The position numbers and the translations under genes were made by a program. A stretch of DNA of 53,060 bases, filler included, from Catajapyx aquilonaris (Eukaryota), in NCBI GenBank assembly GCA_000934665.2. It is 2 parts of 2 records of this genome, joined end to end, with 100 filler letters (N's around TTAATTAATTAA, not from the genome) between each part and the next. Parts side by side here need not be neighbours in the genome. Positions count along the whole stretch, not along the records: positions 1 to 26,256 come from KZ539310.1; 1 more part is not named here. One strand, given 5' to 3'. Numbering within the stretch: position 1 is the stretch's first letter; each line of letters begins with the position of its first letter. Of the stretch, positions 1 to 12,710 are shown in pieces. The notes beneath the pieces are model-generated. The model searched no databases. It saw only the letters and a list, made by a program, of their open reading frames with translations, and was not told where the DNA came from.

Positions 1-1265
1 CCCCCCCCCCCCCACACCCCAGCGCCCTCTCCCCCAAACTCCTGAAACTCTGCGCCTATTCTCTACTGCTACAACTCACATATCGGCAGTCCTCCTAAAA
101 AATTAATTCCCAATTTTTTTAAAACAAACTTTAACAATATTTTAATATATATTTTTAAAACTCACCCCAATTTAGAGCATCGATGTCACAATTGGTGGGG
201 TCACCATACTGTTTTCCTAGTTCCCTCTCCACCCACACTGCCATCTGTCGGCGTCTCTTTCGTGACCCTACCATCCACCCTACCAACCCCCCCGCCCCTC
301 CATGCCATACACACTCGGGGGCCAACCCTCCCCGTTCAATACGTAGCGTAATCTCGCTCCCAGACCCCTCACCAATTCTATACACTCCACCCACCTGTCC
401 TCCCCCCTACATTTTAACCCATTGGACATGTTTTCCATTTACAAAATCATTTTATAGGTAGGGGGGGGGGGGGGGGNGAAGTGAGGGAACAAATTGATAT
501 TGAATGATTGGATAGTCCTAGTTGCTATGCGCGAATTTTATACTAGGTATGGTGCAAATGGGCTAATTTGACCATATATATTTTTTAAAATGTAAATATT
601 CACTTTTTTTTGGCTTCAGCTCAGTTTCATCCTGTTTTTTTTTTTTTTAAAGCGCAAGTTTGTCAACAGACTGCTGAATTATTTCGCTTTGCAGGCGCAG
701 GGACGATTAATTAGATGAAAGCTACATGAACCGTGTAGCATGAAAAAATTGACCATTTTAGTGCCTCAATTTTCACGCTCATAGAACTCCACCTATTTTA
801 TATTCTCCCCCCCCCCCCNCCCCCCCCCCCAGAAAAAAATAGCATAATAATAACACGACATATGGCCTGAAGCTTATCAAACCTGATGACCTACCTCAAA
901 ATGTTTGAAATGACCCAGATACTATTAGCTATTTTAAATATTGGTTAAAATTAACCATATGTTTAGTAGTTGAACACACTAGTTATTTGTGGGTTTGGCT
1001 GATGATGATTGCTTCACCTCATCCTTCAGCAAAACTCACCGCTAATTAGAAGAGCTTCTGGCGGAGGTTGAGAATAGGCACAACTTGTCACTCAACCGCG
1101 CACCTTGCTCCAATTAACTAAATCAAGGTCGTGTTTGCTTCGCTGTTTCCAGGTTATGGGGACCCCAAACTTATCCGAACCTATAGCTGAAAATTAAGCG
1201 TCGAACTTTAGATCATACATTTTTGGCAAAGCTTTCACTTCAGGAGACGTCGCACCTTCTCTACT

Positions 1266-1361
1266 AGGAGTGTATCCGCTGAATGTAGGTGTGTATCCGC
1301 TGAAGGTAGGTGTGTATCCGCTGAATGTAGGTGTATATCCGCTGAAGAAAGGCGTGTATTC
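1266..1361 (-). repeat. 21-bp tandem repeat (~4.5 copies) encoding YTPTFSG heptads on the minus strand
   Basis: Unit gtgtatccgctgaatgtaggt, within ORF 1194-1421. Confidence 0.85.
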
Positions 1362-2668
1362 GCCGGGAAGTAAAGTTAGGTCATGGGATAGGTTAGTACA
1401 GCGTACCCCTACCACTGCCAAATTCAGTCAGATATGAAAGTCCTTCCACATTTTTTGGAGGGTTTTTTTTAGACAGCTTTTTCAGTCCCCAGGTGACGAG
1501 ATCAATGACTGCAATGCTAACCTACCAGACATGCCATAGCCTACCGCCATGCGGCGCACCAACTAGAAGCCTGATAGTCTGTCCACCCCACTTTCCTCCC
1601 TGTCTCCCCAGCCGCTAGCCACCAATTTGACCAATTCAATCACTTATTTTGGACCCTCCAGCAATGGAATGAATAGTGGCATGGGGTTTCAAATAAACAA
1701 TAACCGCTACTATTCAGCGATACCACAAGATGAATTCTTTAAAAAACTAATCTGGTTGTCCGGCAATGTAGGGCAATGTATGGTGTGGACACTTTTTGTT
1801 CACAAAATTTTTTATCCAATTAAAAAGTACGTTTTGGGGGGAGGGGGGGACGTAACTATCAGAGCGGGTTGACTCACTGAAGCCTAAAGGCCTGTGATAA
1901 AATTATCGGAAGGAATATCGATGACAAGGATGGGGGGACATGAGGGAACAGGACGGTTTCATCAGTTTGCCTGTTCCACCCCCCCCCCCCACCCCCTCTC
2001 TAAAAAAATGGGGAGAAAACATACCGGAAATTAGTTTCGTGGCAAAACTCGTTCGCCGAATCTTGCGCCATACCCTGACCAAACTATGGAAGGAAAGGTA
2101 CTCAAGTCGCTTACATTTAATTAGGGTAAACAGTTTCGTTCACTATCTCCAACATGAAATTTAGAAGAAAAAAAATCGCTGTAATTTTAGGTCCTATCGG
2201 CATGGTTATTTTTTATAGTCGCTAGTCTCAATGCACATAGGAATGGAAGGGGAGAGTGGGGCCCTCTGCAATGGAATTGGTGGAATTGAAATGGTCACCT
2301 CGAAAGTGTGGTGTTTTCCACGAGCTGAGTTGGGGACAGAGTGGAAAATATTTCCTAGTAGTTGGAAGAAAAAAAAAAGGTACCTTGGGCTTCATTTTCA
2401 ATCGTCGCGTATCCTGGGTATCAATAGGAGTGGCAAAAAATGGCGCATGGTGTTTACTAGGTTATAACTCATGCTTTTTTTTTCACTTTTCTCGCCAAAG
2501 CGTGAGTAAGTCGTAGGGATTTACAAATAAATTGAAACGTGCCTCGTGATATGATTCCGCCACACTGAATGCGAAAATGGCCAGAGCGCACTTTAAAAAA
2601 ATATATTTATAAACCGCTAGTGCTGGAACTAGCCGTTATTTTTTATATCAATGTAATTTGCTACATTT

Positions 2669-2962
2669 GGGAGGCATGGTGGTCTAGTAGTTACGCCACT
2701 GGTCAGCCAAGCGGGAGGCCGGGGTTCAAATCTCGTCTCCATCACCTCTGCTTGGCCGGGTCTTTTTCCGCTTTTCACCCGACATGCCGGGGCAGAATTG
2801 CACTCCCTACTCTGCCCAGGGCCAGGAGAAATTGCCTGGTGTTTGAAGAATGTCAGAAATGACTACCGCACAGCGCCCTCCCTTGGGAACCTGGGTTCCC
2901 CCCCCCCCCCCTAAAAGGGCCTCGGGCCCTATCACGGGGTATTTAAATAACAATAAGAATAA
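2669..2962 (+). mobile_element. tRNA-derived SINE, family A, full length
   Basis: A box tggtctagtag, B box ggttcaaatct, AAT-rich tail; TSD taatttgcta(ta)cattt at 2654-2668 and 2963-2979; 3' half repeated in antisense at 10621-10757. Confidence 0.8.
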
Positions 2963-2982
2963 TAATTTGCTATACATTTGCA

Positions 2983-3087
2983 TATTCCACCTGGAGTTAA
3001 ATAAAGGTGCATGAAGTTTATAAATATCGCCCCATTTTATCGCGATATTTAAAAACCATGCACCTTTATTTAACTCAGGGTGGAATA
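2983..3087. repeat. ~105-bp hairpin (small MITE-like inverted repeat)
   Basis: tattccacctggagttaaataaaggtgcatg ... catgcacctttatttaactcagggtggaata. Confidence 0.7.
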
Positions 3088-3132
3088 AAAATAAGCATGT
3101 CCGGGCTACCTAACCGATTTGGCACACTTATA

Positions 3133-3598
3133 CAGGGTGATCAAACTTTTTTGTCGTTTTAGTTATTGACAAATTCTGCCTAAGCTGCTTATATTGTAGC
3201 CCGTTCCCTGGCAACCCCGTCCGGTGAGCCAATTCAAACATCGGGCCATGGAGAGCGCCTCCATTGTTGCCACTGTTTACAAATCGACCAAGGTCCCCTA
3301 CATGGTTGCCTCCCCCACCTTAACCGGGGTATTGTCTTCACGTAGTCCTTATGGGGCGGCCATATTGGAGGCACTCATGTAGGTGGGTGACCCTGACGCG
3401 GACGACCCAGCGACGGGTCTCTTCTGCCTGCGCACTCACTCACTCGATTTGTAAACAGTGGCAACAATGGAAGCGCTCTCCATGGGCTGATGTTTGAATT
3501 GGCCCACCGGACGGGGTTGCCAGGTAACGGGCTACAATATAAGCAGCTTAGGCTGAATTTGTCAATAACTAAAACGACAAAAAAGTTTGATCACCCTG
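3133..3598. mobile_element. Tc1/mariner-type MITE with ~155-bp TIRs
   Basis: TA-cagggtgatcaaactttt ... aaaagtttgatcaccctg-TA; arms 3133-3287 and 3444-3598 are near-perfect reverse complements. Confidence 0.9.
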
Positions 3599-6500
3599 TA
3601 TAGAAAACCAGACCGTGAGTGAGGGAAAATGCAAAAAATCTTAAATATTTTGTGATATGGCCAGCTATTTTCCATAGCTATGTCTATGTGGTCATACAGG
3701 AATGCTGTCTAAACTGAACTTTTGGTCTGGCCACCACGTTCCTCTCATGGCAAACTCTCTCTCTCTTTTGCAATCGTGGTCACACATGCAGCGTTTCATG
3801 GTCAGAACCACTGTTGCTTTTGACTAGTGCACCTCTGAGGTGGTTGGAACCTCGCGCTAGTGGAAGATTCTTTTTGGATCAACTCCAAGACCACATTGGC
3901 CGCTTTCACTCTAGTAACAATATGTACTCTAAAGTTCCTTTTGATCCCGGTACCCAAAAGTGACTAAACACCTACCTAAAAGCTTCCTTCTGACTCGATT
4001 GTCCCCGCAATTAATCATCACGTGTGGCACAATTGACACGATTATCTCAAATGACAGGCTGCAGGTATTCCGAGGCGGATAAATACGGTCGAACTGCGCA
4101 TCAAGTTAGCCTAGTTTCCGCAGATCTGAATAGAAGATGAAGTTGAGGCAACAATGGCATCGCGAGAGATGATTGGTTGCTTCGCGACGACTCGACCGAA
4201 AAGGCGCCAACTTAGGCTTTTGAATGAGGCGTTGTTGAAAAAGCGAAACAAAACGCGGTCACAGATGAGGATGATGGAACTAAGACCCAAAAGGCGAATA
4301 TTGTGATCCGGAGTGGGTCGCATATGGAGCAACCTTTCCTTCTCAACCAGGCCTGTCTTTTCAAAACCTGCTGGAATTTATTAGAATTGACAAGGGGGTG
4401 GGGGGGGGGGCTGAACGCCTTCTGCTGCCTTTTCACATGTACCCTTAGCTATAATACGCAAAGTCGGCTCAAAACTCAATCATCCAGGGCTTTTCTGCGG
4501 GCTTCCTCTTTTCACTTTTCACCGTCTGCCATAGTCGTGTCCGCCTCCTTCCCTTTTGTCGCGTACACAAATTATATCCGCCAATCCCCTGAAGGCAATT
4601 CATATAAGCCTCATTTTCTCGTCTCCATCTCAGAACTGTCCGCAAGTCAGATTGCCCATTTTGTGCCTTTTTTTTTTTTTTTTGAAAGAGCGTCTTACCT
4701 TGTGGATGACAGAACTCTCATATCAGATAACGGAACTTCAGGTATTCTTGCGTTGCACTCGAGAAACCACTCAGCTCGTTGTTTTTGTAGGGGGTTAGGC
4801 ACACAGGTATGTAATAATGTAATGGGGGCAAAAAAAAAGGCCAATTCAAGCTGGAAGATATTTTGCCTGATTGTGTTAATGTTAATTACATTTAGGAAAA
4901 GAAGGTCTAAATGGAAACTCGTTATCGAATACATTATTTTATTGGCCAGAAGATTGAATAGGGGGATCGAAAAAAAAAAATTGTCCACAATAAAAGTGTG
5001 AAGAACATCAATGCTACGATATAGTTGCTACATTTATGTTTTGTTTTTTTGAGCAAATTATTTTGGCCGAATTTTTTCCCAAAAATTTGGAGAAACATGA
5101 TCACTTTTTGTAGATAATTATTACCTGTTCGTTGCTTAAATTATATTACTACACCTCGGTTGGCGTCATTATTGCATGAAGCCACTTGTGAACTTCCACA
5201 ATGTAAAATAATATGTTTACATTTAGTAATTAGTACTAGTAGCTTCCACTACCGTAATTGGTGTGCCATTGCAATTAACGTTTCTAAACGATATAACTGC
5301 TTCATGTTGCAGTAGGTTAGAAGGCGTCACTGATATCCTTGTTTACAGATAGGCAAACGACGGCAATGAAGTGCGTAAATTACGTAACACGAGGCAATGG
5401 TACTAAAGTAAATTAGACTCATTAGTTAGGTATGAAGTGCACTTGCGCACTTGTTTCAAGCGCCTGTAAGTTAATTTTGAGATTTAGCTCTCAATGATGA
5501 GAATTTCCGGTCTTCAACACTTAATTAAGAGTAATTCGAGGCTACACGATGCATACTGCAGGGCTAGCCAGTAGTGATATAGCCTACATTCTGGATAATA
5601 ATATTTCAGCTCTTGGGCATATACTGCAAGACTCATAACAGCAAGGTCACACCACCATGTCCTTTTTTTTCAAAAAAAAATATATTGAGACCCCTTCTTC
5701 CAAAATCATATAAACATCTCAAATCATATTCTGTAGAACGTTCCTTTCCCTCTTAAGAACGTCAATAATGTATGATCCTCTCATATGGTGGTATACGCAT
5801 GGGCATTGTACAGTGTTGAATATTTTGGTGAAACGTTATGCGATTAAGAGCCAAGAACACACAGTTGCACTGTATGGCCCTATTCAAAACGCAATCGTAT
5901 TGACTCTACGTATTTACTGTGTTGTAGCCAAACACCTATTAATGTGCACTGTTTTACCCCAAGTCGTTAACTATTCCAGCTGCGTTTCAGTACTCAAACG
6001 TCCCCTACACATGGATACCCATTCGGCCATCCACTCAGGTGCACACACGGAGTTTTAAACTCGACAGTTAATATTCATCTGGACCACACCCCCCCCCCCC
6101 CNNNNNNNNNNNNNNNNNNNNNNNNNNNNNNNNNNNNNNNNNNNNNNNNNNNNNNNNNNNNNNNNNNNNNNNNNNNNNNNNNNNNNNNNNNNNNNNNNNN
6201 NNNNNNNNNNNNNNNNNNNNNNNNNNNNNNNNNNNNNNNNNNNNNNNNNNNNNNNNNNNNNNNNNNNNNNNNNNNNNNNNNNNNNNNNNNNNNNNNNNNN
6301 NNNNNNNNNNNNNNNNNNNNNNNNNNNNNNNNNNNNNNNNNNNNNNNNNNNNNNNNNNNNNNNNNNGGGGGGGGGGGGGGTGCCCTCCTTGTCTTGGCGG
6401 GGGGGACCTTTCCATGTGCACTTGTAAGGCCAATTTGCCGGCCTAATTGACCGGGAGAAGAGGTCCGCCCAGTCCATTCCACTGATGCGGCCTTGCCATG

Positions 6501-9500
6501 AAGATATCCAGACCACTCACGCCATTTTGTTCCTTCCCATTTTAACCCTTTCCACACTTTCTTGAAGCTTGTCTCTTCGCATCTTTTCGATGTTTCTATA
6601 TTTATCTGGGAAGAGTATTGCTGATGGATTTATGTTTTTTTTTAAACAAATATCTGGCATGATACCTTTTACCAAATAAACAGCGTCTATTTGTGCCCAA
6701 GTGACTAGCAAATAAAAGCTTGGGCTGCATGTGTGAGTTTCACACATCAGTAAACCCACTTGGCAGCGCAAAAATATATGTAAATCCCACGCATTGTGCA
6801 ACATGTCAGTTTCTATGCGGTGGACTCATTCCGAGCCATTTAGCAGCGGTCCAAAGGGCTTGGAATAATCCTGGCTCTAATCTTCATAGCAGGCTACTCA
6901 ATCAGATAGTGTGTCATATGCTCATGTCCCTCTGTGTCCAAAATTCGACCTGGACAAAACGGGATGACAGCGAATGAAGGTCAGCATAGAATTTAAAATG
7001 GTTGGTCAGCCAAGTAGGTTCATAAATTAATTTTATATAATAAATCCAGGAATGAGTTGCTTGCCCCCTTTTTTTGTTCATGACGGTACATTTAACAAAT
7101 CCAGCGGCTCGATCAGGTGCGGCGTATTACACATTTAACACGGATGTATGACAATCCGTTGAATTTCTCGTCACGTATTCCGGTTGCGATTTGTCCAATT
7201 CGTATTGTGATTCATGCGTTCGTAAACGATTATAATTCCATTCGCATTCTTGTCAACTATACTGCATTTTGTAACGCATTGAAAAATGCACAATCGCATT
7301 CGTATTGAAATGTGAATTTTCATCAGCAGGTGCAACGTGAAAATGTGGATTGCTCCAAAAATAATATTACCAACTCTGGTAGTTGGCCCATATAGCAACA
7401 GTACGTCATGGAGTTGATCCCCACCCTCTCCCATTAGAACCCCGGAGTTAGGGAAAAGGGGAATATACGCGGGAATATATCAATATAGCTTACGTCAGAT
7501 GCCTGGACCATGTGGGCCTTTCACAATCTCACTCATCATGCAACTCCATCATTTGGAAATGAATCCCATATTGGTCAAAAGTGCGGTGAATTCCCTGATG
7601 CGTCACTGCGGGTTAAACTTTACTAAAAATGGCGGATAGGACTGCACCATGATAATAATACTGGAAAGGGCTCTAGTGCAGCTTGACGCTTTTGTTATGC
7701 ATACACTGCATAAAGCATGTTTTTCATGAAAAAACACTAGCTATTCAGAAACCAGGCCCGTAGGCCCCCATGACATTGTGTCAACACTGGAGGACCTATA
7801 AACAAAGCTGTTGGATTCGCTTGTTTCAATATGCCAGCCTCATGGTAATAACTGAGCGGAAAATTAGTTATGAATTGCAATTGACAGTATAACCACACTT
7901 GTATCACTTGTGTGCCACCACAGCCAAAGTGAGTGAATAGTGCTGTGTAGGTACATACCACGACGTGCCAGCCCTTGAAGATGGCTGTCGTCGTCACTCA
8001 TAAGCACTCACCCTGCACGTCTTGCTTGGCAGCCTTGACTCAATCCATGTTTGGGTGACACTCGCAGCCATCGTACAAACTTTAATGGCCGCACTTGTTG
8101 AATTATGCAGCCCGTTTACACAAATTGGGCAATAAACCCGGCTGTGCTTAGAGGGGGGGACCTCCATTATGATTCTTGAGGACAATCATTTAATTACAAT
8201 TTGGCAGTAAACTATAACCGCCAGACTGGGTAAAGTGCGCTTTAAAATTCCATGTTCCCCCAAGCGAACACAGCCCCAGTGTTTCATTACTCCAGAGAAC
8301 AACAATGCTCGGGTCAAAATAACCCACAGACGCTGCTCATTTGTCTTGTCTATCCCCACGACGTTTGTCAGTAGATACCGTCAAAGTAAATGGCAATTAC
8401 CCAAATGGCCGGGCTCATGTATTGGCCCCCGCTCTCCCAGCTACAGTAAATCATTATTTTCCGTTTCCCCCCGTACATGTGAATATCGGCCAGGCAGGGG
8501 AGGGTCAGGCAAGGGTGGGGGAGCTTCCTAAAATCGACGCCATTTCGCAGTCCAATTAATCCGGAGCGCTCCGTTTGGCCGGGATAAGCGCTGGCAAAAG
8601 AATGGGTCGGTAAAGGAAATCAGGAAGCATTCACTCTTGCTTACAGGGAAAGCATATTAATTTAGCCTTTATTAATTCCGCGCTGGAAACGACCCATTAA
8701 AATCTTTCCTGGCATGCCTTGGCCAAGCCTTTATTAGCTCCCGGATTAAGCCTTGTTATGTATCCGGCCAGGATTTACCATCATATGGTGCCCATTTGGC
8801 CACTGACACCCTCTCGAGGGAAGCTGCCACACTAATGCTTCTGCTTTCATGTAGGTTACGGATTGTCATCATATTGTTGTTTGTTAGAAGCCTGGTTTAG
8901 TAGGATGAAACTGGGTGGTAATTATAGGACTAGCACCAATTTTGTTGATCAAGGTCAGCTTTGGGCCAATGAGCAATAGAGGTCTATGACGTCAACGGAA
9001 TAGTTGCGTTGCAGCAGCCACATGCGAATAGAGTTAACACATGGCAAAGGCTAGTAGACATTTTGCCTTTGCTAAAAGAAACGGCAATTTTCTGTCTGCT
9101 ATTATCGATTTCTGAAAATAAAAGCCTATATCTACAGTATACTCATTTCTTTAAGAAATTTCCTATTGTGCTTGACTTCTAGTGGCTTCCTGTACAGTGC
9201 GTCTTGTTTATGAGTGTGGTAATCTATACTGTAGATCGGATTGGTGTATTGCGTCTGTGGGTGAAAAGACTGGTATTGTGTTGACACTATAGCCTACTGT
9301 ACTACATGTAATAAGTGAAGACAGCATTTATCCTGACATTTAAGAGCTAACTGTAAGTCTCCCCTGTCAAGAAAAAGGCTAACTTTCAGGATGAAATATC
9401 GAGCCACACTTTCAACCCAGAAATGCTAATAGGGGTTTGACGTCAAAAAGCTTCCAAAAGTATTCATAATAACGTAGCTGTATGTTGATGAAAAGCATTT

Positions 9501-10394
9501 CCTCTGTTATAAAGTCAACTGTTATTTTCAACTGAAATTTTAATTGGCTGCTAGGAGGGAGTGGTTCCTAAGCATCAGTTGCCGATACGAGAGGAGAGAT
9601 AATGTGGTAGGTCTATCAAATGATAAAATGATAAAATGAACTTTATTTTTGTCGTGCGCCTATTATAGGCCTGAGCTTAAATTAGATCAAAAGTTATCGC
9701 CTCTGAAATTCTGGGTTATTTTAGAACTGATAACTCTGTGCACTTGTATATTAGTACGCCTTGGGACCTCATGTGATGGTCACAAATAAAAGTGGTTTTC
9801 CCCACAAAATTCTAGCAAGTCATTATCTCTCAACCACATATTTACATATAATAATGAGTTGTGCCAAAAGTTTGTTAGAATATTATTTTTGGAACATCCA
9901 ACTACAGTATGGGTGAACTATAGGATATGTTTTGCCTCTCGGAACTTCTACCGTGAGATGTTCACCAAATTATGAATCGCAGATTACCCAATTCGAGGCG
10001 GGAAGTAGAGGAAATACACCACCCTCCCCTTCCCCCAATAACCAATCTAAACGTCTCATAATCTTCTGCTTCCAGGCTCGCCGTGTAGTCCGCAAGCCAT
10101 CTGTCAGCATTACACTGCAACATTTCGCCAGAGCTGCAAACCCCATTTCACATTAAGGCTTTCCAGAAATAAGCCACTAAGGACCTGTTGTACTGATGAA
10201 AATTAAGAAAATTTTCTGATTACGCATAATCTGATTTTCCTTTATTCTGTGCACATACAGACTGGCCCTATAAGGCCGGTTATATTATATGAATGCAAAC
10301 TCTGAAGAATTCTGTCACAATCAACTCCAGGAGCTGAAAATTCTAAAAATTAATATTTAGTGATTCATTGGGGGGGGGGGGTGATCAGTTGCTA

Positions 10395-10897
10395 GGGGAG
10401 GTGTGGTGGCCGAGATGGTATAAAGGGGCAAGCGTCCGGGCTTGCTGAGTGAAAAATCCCAGGTTCGATCCCCGCTTGGGAATTCCCTTTCACCTGCGTC
10501 GGGAGGGTCTCTGACCCGCACCTTGGAGGTGTCTGGCAACCTAACCTCCTGGGGAACAGAACATGACCAATTTATCGGTATTACACTTGCACCTACGTTC
10601 TCTCCCCAACAATCCCTGTCTTTTTTTAAAACCCCGTGATAGAGCTCGTGGCCCTCTTAGGGGGGAAGGGGAAGTTCCCAAGGGAGGGCGCCGTGCGATA
10701 GCAATTTCTGACATTCTTTAACACCAGGCCTTTTCTCCTGGCCCCGAGCAGAGAAGGAACAATCCCTATCCTTACCCATTGTCTTTGATTTCCCTGCACC
10801 GGAGTTTGAAGAAAAACAGAAAATTCAGGGAAAATTCAAATGGTAGTAATCCACCCTCCACAAAAGGACTGAGCTCCCTCTAATGGGGTAAAAAAAA
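10395..10897 (+). mobile_element. tRNA-derived SINE, family B, interrupted by a family A fragment
   Basis: A box tggccgagatgg, B box ggttcgatccc, A tail, gttgcta on both flanks; high similarity to 17173-17502. Confidence 0.85.
10621..10757 (-). mobile_element. 5'-truncated SINE family A copy inserted in SINE B
   Basis: Reverse complement matches ~2810-2947; 13-bp TSD aacaatccctgtc (10608-10620) / aacaatccctatc (10758-10770). Confidence 0.85.
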
Positions 10898-12073
10898 GCG
10901 GTTGCTATATACCTAGTTAGGGGCACAACAAACTACATTACATAACTACCATCAGACTATATCAGTAATTTTAAAAACCTACCCACGATTTTTTTCGAAC
11001 ACCCTGTATATACTGTATAATCACAAATTTTCTATTAATATAAGGCCATCCCTACTTTAAAATCACACACACTATTACACTGTATAGAGTCATTTGAGCA
11101 ATCTTTGCTTCCGGACTCTCAATCTTTTTTTCTTTAGCCTACACAACATATACAGTATACTTTTCCTCAAAATGAAAGAAAGACTCTCTTGGCTGCCAAT
11201 GGCCACGCATTCTTCGTCCCTCCTTTTCCTCTCCGGTAATCGCCTTCCGAGTGGGCTTACTTTGCCGATCAAATTGTCGCCGACGTTTCTTCTGAAACCT
11301 GATCCTCTCTCCTCCTTTCCTTTTCTCTGCGTCTTTTCTCCCTCCCCAACCCCAACCCTATAGCCTCCTTCTCCAATAAGCTACGTGTGAAAAATATCCC
11401 TCTCCGGCTGCTCCAATCTCTTGCAAGCACAACCTAAGCCTTCTACAGGTTTACTGTGCCAACCCTTTGTGTCGGTGTGTTTTGCTCTCTTTTACATCCA
11501 CCATAATGTTCATTTAATTATTTTTTTTAAACTTACGCTCAATTTATAGTCGCTTTTTCCGCAAATAACACATTTATTTTTGTGCAAATTGTTCATGCTC
11601 AGCATGACTTATGTGCTAGATGGAAACAGTCGTGTTTGGCAACGTATTTAATGCATCACTATTTAAACTGCCTGCCGCAATTAGAATAACCAATTAAATT
11701 CAGCGATAAAATTGTCAATCAAAATATGCAGCCATCAGTTTGCATTTCCGCGAGTTTCACCATTTGAGCGCATGGCTCGCCTCACCCCGATTAATGCTAA
11801 CTGGACGAAAAATAGGGGGTAATTAGATTTAAGCGCGCTCTTTTTAAAACTATCTTTAAAGTGGTACTGACCTATAGTACGTAAAGTAGGAAATAATTTT
11901 TAAACAAAACGTGTACTTGTACATGATGTCATTTCGACAATTTTAAACTGAAGTTGAGCTCTGGAAATTGCGTTTTTTCCAGTGCGTGCAAGGGACATGC
12001 CTAAATTAGCAAACTCCCAGGAGTTGTGAAGATATTCAGTGTAATTACAACTTGTGTGTGTGGGTGGAATGTT

Positions 12074-12428
12074 CCTGTCTAGCATTAGCTTTGGGGACAA
12101 AAGTACGTGTTCCTACTATACCTGTGGGGACGGTACACATTTGTGGGGACATTTTCCGGTCCCCACAATTGTGTGCACAAAAAATCAATTTCTCTCAGCC
12201 TAGGTTAGGTAAGGTTAGCAGTGGCGGATCCAGAATTTTTTCTGGGGGGGGGGGGGGGGNGGGGGGGGGGGGGCGCAGGGCCCGGCGCAGGCGAAATTTT
12301 TTCCGGTTCAAGGTCACAACCCTTCCTCGCGACCCCAATTTTGGGGTGGGGTTAGGTTAGGTTAGGTTAGTTTACACCCGCTTTGAAAAGTTATGTTATC
12401 CAAGTCCCCTGAGATAATGGGCCACAAG
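12074..12428 (+). mobile_element. Non-autonomous TIR element with internal TTAGG tract (copy 1), carrying a CAGTGGCGGATCCAG-type insert
   Basis: Termini cctgt...cattagctttggggac / gtcccc...ataatgggccacaag; repeated ggggac; ctcagcctaggttagg; homologous to 12711-12995 and 16106-16366. Confidence 0.65.
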
Positions 12429-12441
12429 TAGTGGGTAGGTG

Positions 12442-12700
12442 GGCGCGTATTGCTGTCCTTGTGAGGAATTTTTTACGCGTTTTTCCTATCCTTGTGAGGA
12501 ATTTTGTCATTACGAGGTAGTTTTCCTGTACCTCATAGTGAACACACGCCTCACAAGGATAGGGAAAAATCGAGAAAATACCTCATAAAGACAGTAAAAA
12601 TATATTTCACCAAAATTTCGCGTGTTTCCTTGTAGGTTAGGTTAGGTTAGTTTTAAATTTTAAATTTTGGAAAAACTTCACAAGGATAGGAATGCGCGCC
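12442..12700 (+). mobile_element. TIR element with repeated tccttgtgagg motifs and a TTAGG tract
   Basis: ggcgcgtattgctgtccttgtgagg ... cttcacaaggataggaatgcgcgcc; internal taggttaggttaggttag. Confidence 0.7.
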
Positions 12701-12710
12701 TATGTGTGTT

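Noticed and set aside
2669..2745. tRNA genes at 2669 and 10395
   Set aside because: A/B boxes are followed by a repeated body, tail and TSD, so these are SINE heads; no convincing cloverleaf
4303..5001. 232-aa ORF, the longest in the track
   Set aside because: No recognisable domain, non-ATG start, runs through G/T/A homopolymers, no splice support
6055..6557. ORFs spanning the N-run
   Set aside because: Open only because of the assembly gap flanked by poly-C/poly-G
12345..12371. True telomere or chromosome end
   Set aside because: TTAGG tracts are only a few units long and lie inside TIR elements
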